Below are positions 1 to 11,400 of a DNA stretch of 64,000 nucleotides, piece after piece. Source of the DNA: Octopus bimaculoides (Eukaryota); assembly GCF_001194135.2 (NCBI RefSeq), contig NC_068987.1, positions 7,643,703 through 7,707,702 of the forward strand. Direction: 5' to 3'. The position numbers and the translations under genes were made by a program. The notes beneath the pieces are model-generated. The model was not told where the DNA came from, did no database searches, and saw only the letters and a list, made by a program, of their open reading frames with translations. Each line of letters begins with the position of its first letter. The first letter of the stretch is position 1.

Positions 1-515
1 TCTCAAACTTTTACTCCCAACATCATTTTGATAATATATATTCATCATCATCATCACCACCAACACCACCACCACCACCACCATCATCACCATCATTATC
101 ATCATCATCCCATCACCACCACCACCACTACCACCACAACCACTACCATCATCATCATCATCACCATCGTCGTCATCATCACCAGTATCATCATCATCAT
201 CATCATCATCATCGCCATCATCACTGTTTCTGATGCTGCAACCACCACCACCACCACTAGCACCGTCATCATCACCACTGTCTCTACCATCATCATCATT
301 ATCATCATCATCACCATCACCCTACCACCACCACCATCACCATCATCACCATCAACCCACCACCACCACTACCATCATCATCATCACCATCACCCTACCA
401 CCACCACCACCATCACCATCACCCCACCACCACCACTACCATCACCATCATCATTGTCATCATCATCATCATCATCATCACTGTTTTTGATACTGCAACC
501 ACCACCACCACTACT
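1..515. repeat. (CAT)n/(CAC)n trinucleotide microsatellite mosaic
   Basis: Continuous CAT/CAC repeats; explains the poly-His/Thr/Ile ORFs. Confidence 0.95.
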
Positions 516-2164
516 TATATCTTTTTTTTTTCTTATATCTCTTTTTTTTTTGTCTCAAGGAGCAAATGTTTATCCGGGAACAGGAATAACAATTTGCATT
601 GAAACGATAAACGTCTGAGTTGTAAAAAAAAACCCAAGCAAATGGTGTCCTCATGGTTGAGTGGTGAATGAATTGAGAACGAAAAAGATTCCAACAGCAG
701 AAGAAAACCAATAAATAGCAAAAGAGAGGAATAAACACCTGCCATCGGCACCCAGGTGGAAGAAGATGTTCGCTCGGGAAGGAGGGGGGCAGTTGTTTTG
801 TTGTTATTTGTGTTATTATTTTCTAGTTGTACTAAACCGATTTTTAACAGACAAAGGAAAGCCATGGAGAATGGTAGAATGGTAGAGACTGGANNNNNNN
901 NNNNNNNNNNNNNNNNNNNNNNNNNNNNNNNNNNNNNNNNNNNNNNNNNNNNNNNNNNNNNNNNNNNNNNNNNNNNNNNNNNNNNNNNNNNNNNNNNNNN
1001 NNNNNNNNNNNNNNNNNNNNNNNNNNNNNNNNNNNNNNNNNNNNNNNNNNNNNNNNNNNNNNNNNNNNNNNNNNNNNNNNNNNNNNNNNNNNNNNNNNNN
1101 NNNNNNNNNNNNNNNNNNNNNNNNNNNNNNNNNNNNNNNNNNNNNNNNNNNNNNNNNNNNNNNNNNNNNNNNNNNNNNNNNNNNNNNNNNNNNNNNNNNN
1201 NNNNNNNNNNNNNNNNNNNNNNNNNNNNNNNNNNNNNNNNNNNNNNNNNNNNNNNNNNNNNNNNNNNNNNNNNNNNNNNNNNNNNNNNNNNNNNNNNNNN
1301 NNNNNNNNNNNNNNNNNNNNNNNNNNNNNNNNNNNNNNNNNNNNNGAGAGAGAGAGAGGGAGAGAGAGAGAGAGGGAGAGAGAGAGGAAGAGGGACAGAC
1401 AGGTAGACACAGAGAGAGGTAGATAGACAGACAGGCAGGCAGACAGACAGACAGGGCACACAGGCAGTCATACAGGCAGACAGACAAACATATAGGCAGA
1501 GAGAGAGACAGAAGCACAGACAGACAGACAGAAGCACAGACAGACAGACAGGCATAGACAGGCAGGCAGGCAGGCAAACGTACAAGCGGACAGACAGACA
1601 GACAGATAGACAAACAGAAGTGAGACTGGGAGAGATAGAGAGAGAGAGGATGATGAAAGGCTAAACAGAATGAAGAAAGACAAAGAGGAAGGAAGGAAGA
1701 AAGAAACAAACAAACAAAGAATGCAAGAAAAAACAAACTTAAACAAAGAGAAAATTATCAACAAAAAAAAGAAAAGCAAACAGAATCAAAAATGAATAAA
1801 AAAAATTAAAATTAATAACAAAAAAAATAGGAAAAATGGATGAAAACAATTGCCAAAAACCAAGTAAATGTAGGGGATAAAAATAGAAGACAAGGGTGAA
1901 AAAACATAAGAGAAAGAGATAAAGAGGATGAATGAAATGGGAAAAAGAAAATGAGAAGAAGATAAAAGAAACGGAATGAGTTGAGTGAAGGAGATAAGAC
2001 AAGAGTTATGAGAACTTTAGTAGAAACTTGAAGAAGAAGATTAATTTTTTTTATGGGTACTTGCAAGGTTTTAGACTACACACATACACACACACACATA
2101 CATACCTATATTTACATACATATTTAAATATATATACATATATGTGTATAAATATATATATATG

Positions 2165-2315
2165 TGGCTGTGTGGTAAGTAGCTTGCTTCCCAACCACAT
2201 GGTTCCAGGGTCAGTACCATTGCATGGCACCTTGGGCAAGTGTCTTCTCCTATAGCCTCGGGCCGACCAAAGCCTTGTGAGTGGATTTGGTAGACGGAAA
2301 CTGAAAGAAGCCTGT
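2165..2315 (+). mobile_element. tRNA-derived SINE family A, 5' half
   Basis: Head GGCTGTGTGGTAAG...GGTTCCAGGGTCAGTACC with A/B-box-like motifs. Other copies at about 5312-5475(-), 14335-14490(-), 25408-25568(+), 26900-27050(-), 28290-28425(+), 46312-46472(-), 47288-47422(+), 54740-54870(-), 63110-63180(-). Confidence 0.85.
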
Positions 2316-4542
2316 CATATATGTATATATATATCATCATCATCATCATCATCATCGTTTAACGTCCGCTTTCCATGCTAGCATGGGTTGGATGGTTTGA
2401 CTGAGGACTGGTGAAACCAGATGGCTACACCAGGCTCCAATCTGATTTGGCAGAGTTTCTACAGCTGGATGCCCTTCCTAATGCTAACCACTCAGAGAGT
2501 GTAGTGGGTGCTTTTACGTGCCACCGGCACGAAGGTCAGTCAGGCGGTGCTCCAGCATGGCTGCAATCAAATGACCAAAACAAGTACAGCCAGGTTCACC
2601 ACCACCCCCTGCTGGAGCCTCATGGAGCTTTAGGTGCCTTTCGCTCAATAAACACTCACAACACCCGGTCTGGGAATCGAAACCATGATCCTACGACTGC
2701 GAGTCCGCTGCCCTAACCACTGGTCCATTGTGCCTCCACAACTCAGAACATAAAGACAGACGAAACGCCACTAAGCATTTCACCCAGCATGCTAATGTTT
2801 CTGCCAGCTTGCGGCCTTCATATGTGAATAAACCCTTTTCTACTCTAGGCACAAGGCTCGAAATTTTTGGGAAGGGTGCCAGTCGATCAAATCGACTCCA
2901 GTATACAACTGGTACTTAATTTATCTACCCCAAAAGGATTAAAGGTAAAGTCAACCTTGGCAGAATTTGAACACAGAACGTAAGGACAGATGGAATACCG
3001 CTAAGCATTTCGCCCGGCGTGCTAACGATTCTGCCAGTTTGCTGCCTTAATAATTCTTCGCATATTAATGTACCTATTAGTGAACTGATCCTTGGTTCCC
3101 TAATTCTATCTGCATCATCCCTTCTGCTCGGTTGCTAACGTATCCTGTTTTTCTATCTCTCTACAGAGACAACCATCTGCAGGAATCGCCAATTTGTATG
3201 AAAACATAGGATTCTGTTCTTATTAATTCCAACATTAGTTTGCTTCTTTTTTTTTATTCATTTTTTTTTTTTTAATCTTTTTACATTGTTTCAGTTGTTA
3301 GACAGCGACCATGCTGGAGTAACGCTTTGAAAAGTTTTGAGTCAAACGAATCAGCCCCAGTCCTTATCTTTTTTTTTAAGCCTGGTACTTATTCTATCAG
3401 TCCCTCTTTGGTGAACTGTTAAGTTATGAAGACATAAACACAATGATGATGATGATGACAACGACGATGTTGACGACAACGATGATGGTGATGATGATGG
3501 TGATAGTGATGATGATGATGATGATGATGAGAGAGGAAGAAAAACTGGAACGTGATAAAAGTGCACAAACTTCTTACACTAGGCTACTAAAAATAAAGGC
3601 TCTTATGCCAACAGCAATAAAAAGGCTTGGTTCAGACGTACACGATGGGGGGAGGGAGAGGCGAGGGGGGTCGATGAGGGCAAATATAAGGAGTGGTAAA
3701 GGGTTTGAACATGCATATGCTTGAGTATTTACACATGTGTAATTAAAAGGTTGTTAAAAGAAACAAAAAAAAAAAAGAAGAAAAGAAAAGAAAATTTTTG
3801 CACACAGCGAGTTGTTTTCAAATTGAGAAAACTTAAGAGAGAAGTATGTTGAGCAAAAGTACTTAAGCATTTCGCCTCATTGTCAATTGTTTGACAAAAA
3901 GAAGAAAAAATCTTGAAGAAAGGAAGTAGAAAATGAAAGAAAGAGGGAGAGATTTCTTTGAAGAAATGAAAGAGAAAGACCCACAGACCCACCCCTGTCT
4001 AAGAGGGTAGGAGTAGGGTACGGAATTAGAACAGGAATTGCTTTCATGCATGCCTCCGAGAAGCTGTTTTATGAGCAATTCCCATCTACGTTGTTATACA
4101 TATTTTAGCATATTTATGCACAGAGACACTGGTATGTTTTTTTATCTTCTGCATGTTTTAGGCATTACAGTGTACAGACGTTGTTAGGGCCCTGCCTTGA
4201 AGTGTTCGGTCGAATAAATTGACAGCAGTACCTGCATGTAAAAAAGCAACCGTGCTATAGCCACGTAAAGAGCACCGGTCCTGGGGCCATGTTTAAGACA
4301 CTGGTGCTAGTGCCATGTAAAAAGCACCCATGCTGGGGGCCACGTATAAAGCACCCATGCTGGGGCCATGTTTAAGGCACTGGTGCTGGTGCCACATAAG
4401 AAGCACCCATACTGGTGCCACATAAAAAGCACTGGTGTTGGGGCCACATTTAAAGCAATGGTGCTGGTGCCACATATAAAAGCCCCAGTGTTAGGGCCAC
4501 ATATAAGGCACTGGTGTTGGTTCCAAGATTCCAAGTTTACTA

Positions 4543-4592
<50 letters not shown>

Positions 4593-4599
4593 CAATATT

Positions 4600-4780
4600 G
4601 AAAAATACCTTAGGAATGAGAACCCAGGTTCGAAATTTCCCCAAGACACCTGACGAAGGCTGGAGGGTATATCAGCCGAAACGTTGTGTTAACAACAAAC
4701 AAGATGAGGACAAATATCCATCAAATGAAAATAATGTAATTAATGCACCTAATTCCTCATCTCTTAAATACAGAACTGTA
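4600..4780 (+). mobile_element. Penelope-like (pseudo-LTR-type) non-autonomous repeat carrying a hammerhead motif
   Basis: Preceded by (TAA)n. Near-identical copy at about 48780-48920; partial inverted copy without the ribozyme at about 62590-62670. The PLE assignment is inferred from the hammerhead architecture. Confidence 0.6.
4645..4690 (+). ncRNA. Minimal type-I hammerhead ribozyme
   Basis: Stem I GACAC/GTGTT; core CTGACGA plus one extra A; stem II GGCTG/CAGCC; GAAA; palindromic AACGTT in place of stem III; predicted cleavage after GUU at 4685. Confidence 0.75.
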
Positions 4781-5271
4781 TTTCCATTTTACTTGTTTCC
4801 CATCATTGGACTGTGGCCATGCTGGAGTACTGCTTTGACAGATTTCAGTTGAACCAGTTGACCCAAGGATTTATCATTCTTTTTTTATTTTTGAGTCAAC
4901 AGTTGTTATCAGGTGGTGGTTGCTGGAGAGGTACAGAGACAAACACACACACACACACACACACACAGTGTGTACATAAAACGCACCCACTACATTCTCA
5001 GAGTGGTTGGCATTAGGAAGGGCATCCAACTGTAGAAACCTTTCAAAATCATACTGGAGCCTGGTGCAAACTTCTGACTTGCCAGTCCTTAGTCAAACCG
5101 TCCAACCCATGCCAGCATGGAAAGTGGACGTTAAACAACGATGATGATGATGATGATGGTATATGCATTTTCTGCGATGATTTGTGAAGCAGTGATGAGT
5201 GACAATTCTGTAAATGATAATATTTTATAAGCTTAAAGTTTATAAAATATTATCATTATATACATACATAT

Positions 5272-5315
<44 letters not shown>

Positions 5316-5589
5316 CAGGCTTCTACACAGTTTCTGTCAATCAAATAATCAAATTCACTCACAAGGCATTGTCTGCCTGGAGCTACAGTGGAAGACACTT
5401 GCGCAAGGTGCCCAGCATTGAGATTGAACTTGAAATCATTTAGTTGTAAAGCAAGTTTGTTAACCACACAGCCATGTCAGGGTGGGGTCGGGGTGGAGAC
5501 AGTCAGACCGACAGACAGACAGACAGAGAGCAGGAGTGATGAGAAGAGAGAGATAGAGAGAGAGGCATAAAAAAAGAAGACAGATTTAC

Positions 5590-5797
5590 CTTTGAATTCA
5601 GCAACGTAGGCACACGTGCCATCGACTTTCTCTGTCAGAAGAGCAGTCTCCAGATTATGTCCTTTAGCATCCGGTCGCAACTTGTCAGTCGCTGACACCA
5701 TGTACAATTGGTTAGAATGCTTGCTGCTTGGTTCATTTGTCACAGCAATTTCAAAGATACAGTTTAGTTTACTTTGGACAGAGCACAGTTTATCCAT
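5590..5797 (-). CDS. RLIG1: RNA 5'-phosphate/3'-OH ligase (C12orf29/RLIG1 homologue), first coding exon
   Basis: MDKLCSVQSKLNCIFEIAVTNEPSSK...ALLTEKVDGTCAYVAEFK aligns with human [26 protein letters not shown]...AIPTEKVDGTCCYVTTYK (recalled). Motif-I Lys is residue 57. Acceptor TTTACAG before 5811; donor GTAAAT after 5590 (phase 1). Downstream exons were not found in the window. Confidence 0.9.
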
Positions 5798-5884
5798 CAC
5801 ACCACCATGACCTGTAAATAAAACAAAAACAAAATGTGTTTAATCCTTTCTGTATTAACCCACCTAAGACCACCACCCCTGATT

Positions 5885-6360
5885 CATCATCATCATCATC
5901 ATTTAACGTCCGTTTCCCATGCTGGCATGGGTTGGACGGTTTGAGTGGAAACTGGTAAACTAGGTGGAGCTGCACCAGGTTCCAATCTAATTTGGTAAGG
6001 TTCTTACGGTTGGATGTCCTTCCTAAGGCCAACCACTCTGAGAGTGTTGTGGGTGTGTTTTACCATTGACCTGACACTAGCATCAGCCACAACTATGGTC
6101 TCACTTGGCTTCGCAGATTTACACAAGCATGGTACATCGCCAAAGGTCTTGGCCACCTGTCACTGCCTCCATGAGGCCCAACGCCCAAACAGTGCCTTTT
6201 ACATGCCACTGGCATGGGTACCAGTCAGACAGCACTGGCATCGGCCACGACTACAATTTCACTTGGCTCCACAGGTCTTCACAAGCACAGTATATCGCCC
6301 AATGATTGAAAGGTGCAATTAACAGGTCAGTTACGTGACACTGGCATCGACCATAACTAA
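5885..6360 (-). mobile_element. Family B retroposon with (GAT)n 3' tail and modular internal repeats
   Basis: 3' end ...GGACGTTAAA(C/T)GATGATGAT. Other copies at about 2335-2560, 5010-5160, 12080-12270, 14070-14230, 14790-14940, 15326-15608, 43030-43180, 45160-45340, 47545-48290, 54296-54504. Confidence 0.8.
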
Positions 6361-6402
6361 AATTTTATGAAACAAACTTCATGTTTGAAAGTGATCTAAT
6401 TT

Positions 6403-6463
6403 CACTCTTTAGCATTTAGAATATTTTGGCAGGATATGGCCGGTTTAAATGCTAAAGGGTTAA
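6403..6463. mobile_element. Tiny piggyBac-type MITE/hairpin
   Basis: Inverted termini CTCTTTAGCATTTA...TAAATGCTAAAGGG followed by TTAA. Confidence 0.5.
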
Positions 6464-7987
6464 AAACTTTTTATCAAAATTTCATATGTTACGTAGTAAA
6501 GATTGTTTGCCAACATAACATGGCAGTCCTGGTTTAGGACGAATGTTGCTGTAATTTAACCCCAGGAGACATGTACACATCCAAGATTAGGATTCTTGAT
6601 AAAGAGCAGAAATCAAACTGATTGAAAACACTGATTAGATCATCATCATCGTTATTATTGTCCTCACCATCTTTTAATGTCTGTTTTCCATTTAAATATT
6701 CTGCGGAAACCTGTGTGGTCATGACAAAATATTACCTTGCTTGGAAACAGGTGAGGGTTGATGACATGAAGGGCATCCAGCTATAGAAAATTTGTCTCTG
6801 CACGTTCCGTCCAACTCATGTAGGCATAGAAAAGTGGACATTAAAAATGATAATGATGATGATGATGATAACTCGTTTTATCCTTAGTTCCAATTACTCC
6901 AGTGAAGAAATTTAAGAAAAATAAAACAAAATCAAAACTGCATATGAAGCGTTTCTCAACTGCAAGCATTGTCAAAACCTGTCAACCAATCCACAAACAA
7001 AGAATACAAGAAGAATGGAATTGGCAATGTGGAACAAAAGCAGGGTAACTGGGTAACACAGGCTTTTTTCTTGTTTCTTTTAACTGATTCTTTAAAAGAG
7101 ACCAAACTGCAGACAACACAACAACCCAGCAAACCAAGTGGAATTCTGCAAGCGTGCACACTAACACCAGCTGCTACATTCATCATCACTGCAGCAGGAA
7201 TTGTGTCTATTTAACAAACAAGCAACAAAATAAATGCATAAATAGTTGTGGTTATTGTGTTGTTGTGGGTGGTGTTTTTATAGTTATTATTGTTTAATGT
7301 TAAAGGCCCTCATAGAAATAAACAAGATTTTCTGAAATTCATTCAGAGCAGCTGTCTAACCATTGTGTGCAATAATGGAAGCTGAAAACACTACATTTGA
7401 AAAAAAAAAAACAAGAAAAATCTTTAAAAAGAAGGGAGAGAGAAAAAGCCTTAGCGGCAACCACACCAAATGCAGGATAAATAAAACAGAGCAACTCATA
7501 AGAATATGTCTGCACGCTGCACATTATAGATGCACTTTTTGAGATAAGATAAATCAAATGCAGCTGGTATAGAGCAGACATTGTTTCATTAGATGGAGTG
7601 AGTTGCTCAGTGTGAAATATGTGCAGAGAGAGAAGGTGAGAAGGGTGTTGACAGCAACAAGAACAACAAGAAGAGCGAAGGGTAAGCAAAAGTCAGTGGG
7701 GGGGGGGGTACATATATAGATGCAATAACAGAGATAAAGCCTCGGTGAGTGTTTATTCTGCTTAACCACAAATGTCATCATCACTCTTAATGTTGCTAAT
7801 ACAATGTCGTTCTTATTCTTTTTTTGCACGCACACACACACATGCATGCATGCACGCACGCGTGTGTGCACATGCATATACACACACACAGAAACACACA
7901 ACACATACACACACATTACACACACAACACATACACACACATTACACACACAACACATACACACACATTACACACACAACACATATT

Positions 7988-8222
7988 AAAGGCGACGAAC
8001 TGGCAGAAACGTTAGCACGCCGGGCGAAATGCTTAGCGGTATTTCGTCTGCCGCTACGTTCTGAGTTCAAATTCCGCCGGGGTCGACTTTGCCTTTCATC
8101 CTTTCGGGGTCGATTAAATAAGTACCAGTTATGCACTGGGGTCGATGTAATCGACTTAATCCGTTTGTCTGTCCTTGTTTATCCTCTCTGTGTGTAGCCC
8201 CTTGTGGGCAATAAAGAAATAA
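7988..8222 (+). mobile_element. tRNA-derived SINE family C, near full length
   Basis: GGCGACGAACTGGCAGAAACGTTAGC...GAGTTCAAATTCC...CAATAAAGAAATAA. About 20 further copies, e.g. 2840-3050(-), 20665-20870, 32505-32712(-), 40215-40420(-), 42620-43020, 43180-43390(-), 49320-49720(-), 50915-51280(-), 57060-57230, 59705-59915. Confidence 0.9.
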
Positions 8223-8224
8223 TA

Positions 8225-8259
8225 CACACGCATAGGCACACATACACAGGCATACACAT

Positions 8260-8295
<36 letters not shown>

Positions 8296-8600
8296 ACACA
8301 CGCACTCATGCATGCGTGCACACACACATTCCTACACACATACACACATATGCACACACATACAGACATGAACACACACACAGGCATACACACACACACG
8401 CACATATACACACATGCACGCACGTGCACACATACACACACATATGCACACACATGCACACATACACACACACACATACACACAAGCACTCATGCGCACA
8501 CACATACACACATATACACACACACATACACACACAAGCACACATACACATATACACACACATACCCCCACAGACACACATATCCACACACACACATACC
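8225..8600. repeat. Degenerate (CA)n microsatellite mosaic
   Basis: CA/TA/CG alternation; similar tracts at 7815-7985 and 39085-39520. Confidence 0.95.
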
Positions 8601-8757
8601 CCCTCTATCTCGTATCTTTTACGTGTTTCAGTCATTAGATGGTGGCCATGCTGGGGCACCACCAGGAAGGATTTTAGTTGAACGAATCAACCCCAGGACT
8701 TATGCTTTTATGTACTTCGGTGTCAGCTGTTCACTCAGTGACCTAAGGTAACACCTC

Positions 8758-9021
8758 TTATTTTTCGAGCACCATCTGGAGTATTCAAGCGATTCCAAGC
8801 AGTGCCATTTTCTGCAAGTGCTCCACCCCTATTGCAGCCCCTATTTGTTCCATGTACTTCTCGAGATTTTTGCTCACTGTTCCCAGGGCTCCAACAATTA
8901 TTGGTACTATTACCACTACCAGCTTTTTCATCGACCACAACTGCTTAACCTCCCAAGCTAACCTGTTATATCTCTCGACTTTTCTTTCTTCCTTATCACA
9001 AACCTTGTTGCCAGCTGGGCA
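8758..9021 (-). mobile_element. R4/Dong-clade non-LTR retrotransposon, C-terminal restriction-like endonuclease fragment (decayed)
   Basis: Translates as CPAGNKVCDKEERKVERYNRLAWEVKQLWSMKKLVVVIVPIIVGALGTVSKNLEKYMEQIG...LQKMALLGIA*ILQMVLEK*. One premature stop; abuts a (TAA)n tract at its 5' junction. Confidence 0.85.
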
Positions 9022-9039
9022 TTTATTATTATTATTATC

Positions 9040-9094
<55 letters not shown>

Positions 9095-10653
9095 ANNNNN
9101 NNNNNNNNNNNNNNNNNNNNNNNNNNNNNNNNNNNNNNNNNNNNNNNNNNNNNNNNNNNNNNNNNNNNNNNNNNNNNNNNNNNNNNNNNNNNNNNNNNNN
9201 NNNNNNNNNNNNNNNNNNNNNNNNNNNNNNNNNNNNNNNNNNNNNNNNNNNNNNNNNNNNNNNNNNNNNNNNNNNNNNNNNNNNNNNNNNNNNNNNNNNN
9301 NNNNNNNNNNNNNNNNNNNNNNNNNNNNNNNNNNNNNNNNNNNNNNNNNNNNNNNNNNNNNNNNNNNNNNNNNNNNNNNNNNNNNNNNNNNNNNNNNNNN
9401 NNNNNNNNNNNNNNNNNNNNNNNNNNNNNNNNNNNNNNNNNNNNNNNNNNNNNNNNNNNNNNNNNNNNNNNNNNNNNNNNNNNNNNNNNNNNNNNNNNNN
9501 NNNNNNNNNNNNNNNNNNNNNNNNNNNNNNNNNNNNNNNNNNNNNNNNNNNNNNNNNNNNNNNNNNNNNNNNNNNNNNNNNNNNNNNNNNNNNNNNNNNN
9601 NNNNNNNNNNNNNNNNNNNNNNNNNNNNNNNNNNNNNNNNNNNNNNNNNNNNNNNNNNNNNNNNNNNNNNNNNNNNNNNNNNNNNNNNNNNNNNNNNNNN
9701 NNNNNNNNNNNNNNNNNNNNGGGGAGGGAGGAGGAGGGGAGGCGGATGGGTGGAGGAGGAGGGGAGGAGAAATCTCATCATCATTGTATAACATCCTTAA
9801 GGAAAATGATTATAGAGAACTAATATACACAACTGTTCCAATAAGCCTAAAGAAACAGAAACAGGAAATTCATACTTGAAACTACATCAAAGAATAGAGC
9901 TTACTGTGATTGATATTGAAGGTCAAAGAGTAACGAGTGAGCGGCTGGAGGTTATCTAAGTACATTAATCAAGCTACATCGTCTGTGATAAACAGAGAGA
10001 GAGAGAGAGAGAGAGTATACCAATATAAATTGCACTGTAATAAAAAGGTCTTTATCATCGGTATACTAATAAGACCAACTCATTTGCTAAACAGGCACGC
10101 TCAGCTTTGGTACTTTGATAACAAGGAAAATCGTTGTTGGGCAGCCCTGAGTCCGTTCTTATTGAACAGACCTGGGATTAAAAGCATTCCTTTCTGATAT
10201 TTTAGGGTTACATATCACTACTGTATTCAATATAATTTTTCTGCTCCCTAGAGAGTAGAATGTGTTTTGCCGAAGATGTGATTTAGCTGGTGTTTCTAGC
10301 AAGTCAAGTGACCACACAGGAGCTCACTCATTGGGAATTATAACTGAAGGGTACCTGAGTATATACTGAGTGATCTCACAACTCTTTTCGTACCAACCCA
10401 CCAGAGACTGATACCAGTTCTATCATACAAAATTCCTGTTTTCAAGCGATCTAAATCTAAAACCTTCCATCAAAATTTCACATTAATTTCCTGCAAATAC
10501 CAGCTTAATATCAACAAAGATATTTTAATTAATTCTTAATTAAGGTAACGAGCTGGCAGAATCGTTGGAAAACCAGATAAAATGCTTAGTGGTATTTCAT
10601 TCATTTTTATGTTCCAACTTCAAATTTTGCTGGGGTCAACTTTGTCATTCATC

Positions 10654-10821
10654 CACTAGCGTAGCTAGGGGAGAGTGATAGGGGGCAGTCCACTCTGGGC
10701 GGCACTTTTAAAGGGGCAGCACTTTTGGGTCTGCTGTAGGCATTATGTGTATTTTTGTGGGGTCCGGGGATGGTAAATGGCAGGACCACCCCAGGTAGCA
10801 CACACTCTAGCTATGCTAGTG
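10654..10821. mobile_element. hAT-like MITE nested in a family C SINE
   Basis: TIRs CACTAGCGTAGCTAG / CTAGCTATGCTAGTG (14/15 match). The host SINE segment CTTTCATC appears in degenerate form on both sides (CATTCATC / TTTTCATT), as expected for an 8-bp TSD. Confidence 0.65.
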
Positions 10822-11059
10822 TTTTCATTCTTTCACAGATGATAAAGCAAGTATCAATTCAGCTCTAGGGGTCGATGTAATAAACTTAAACCACCACCCA
10901 CCCCAATCCCACCCCCAAAAAAACAAATTACTGGCCTTGTGCTAGAATTTTAAACTAAAATTAATTGAAACAAAAAGAAAATATAATAGAATAATCGTAA
11001 CAAAAGGGTCCTTTTTTTTTTATGAAGTCCCAAACAAGGCGAGTGTGAGGATGAAATTG

Positions 11060-11400
11060 AGACAAAATAAGGAAAAATTAAGACAAAAAGAGAAATTAAG
11101 GCAAAAGAAAGGGAAATTAAGGCAACAAAAGGTGAAATTAAGGCAAAAGAAAGAGAAATTAAGGCAAAAGAAGGAGAAATTAAGAGCAAAAGAGAGAAGT
11201 TAAGGCAAAAGGAGAGATTAAGACAAAAAATAAAGAAAAATTAAGGCAAAAGAAGGAGAAATTAGGCAAAAAATAAAGAAAAATTAAGGCAAAAGAAAGA
11301 GAAATTAAGGCAAAATAAAGAGAAATTAAGGCAACAAAAGGTGAAATTAAGACAAAAGGTGAAATTAAGGCAAAAGAAAGAGAAATTGAGGCAAAAGAAA
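11060..11400 (+). repeat. 21-bp purine-rich minisatellite (G(A/T)GAAATTAAGGCAAAAGAAA-like)
   Basis: About 15 degenerate units, each containing AAATTAAGGC. Confidence 0.9.

Noticed and set aside
28-618. Poly-His/Thr/Ile, HT-repeat and CV-repeat ORFs throughout the window
   Set aside because: Translations of tri- and dinucleotide microsatellites, with no splice or homology support.
730-800. Minus-strand WVP motif followed by a donor, as a possible RLIG1 exon
   Set aside because: Only three residues match GWVPV, the flanks do not align and there is no good acceptor.
533-1736. Long ORFs spanning N-runs (also 8852-9823, 16146-16972, 21608-22025, 23043-23660, 25980-26672, 33822-34361, 35010-35450, 47551-47965)
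   Set aside because: Artefacts of stop-free N gaps and flanking microsatellites.
4645-5797. Functional link between the hammerhead and the host RNA ligase
   Set aside because: Hammerheads leave 2',3'-cyclic phosphate and 5'-OH ends, whereas RLIG1 joins 5'-phosphate to 3'-OH. The repeat is also antisense and found elsewhere, so proximity is probably chance.
6956-7689. Short ORFs in non-repetitive sequence
   Set aside because: No recognisable motif and no consistent splice sites; probably intronic.
7988-8090. tRNA-like A/B boxes here and in other SINE heads
   Set aside because: They continue into SINE bodies and no complete cloverleaf is present, so no tRNA gene is called.
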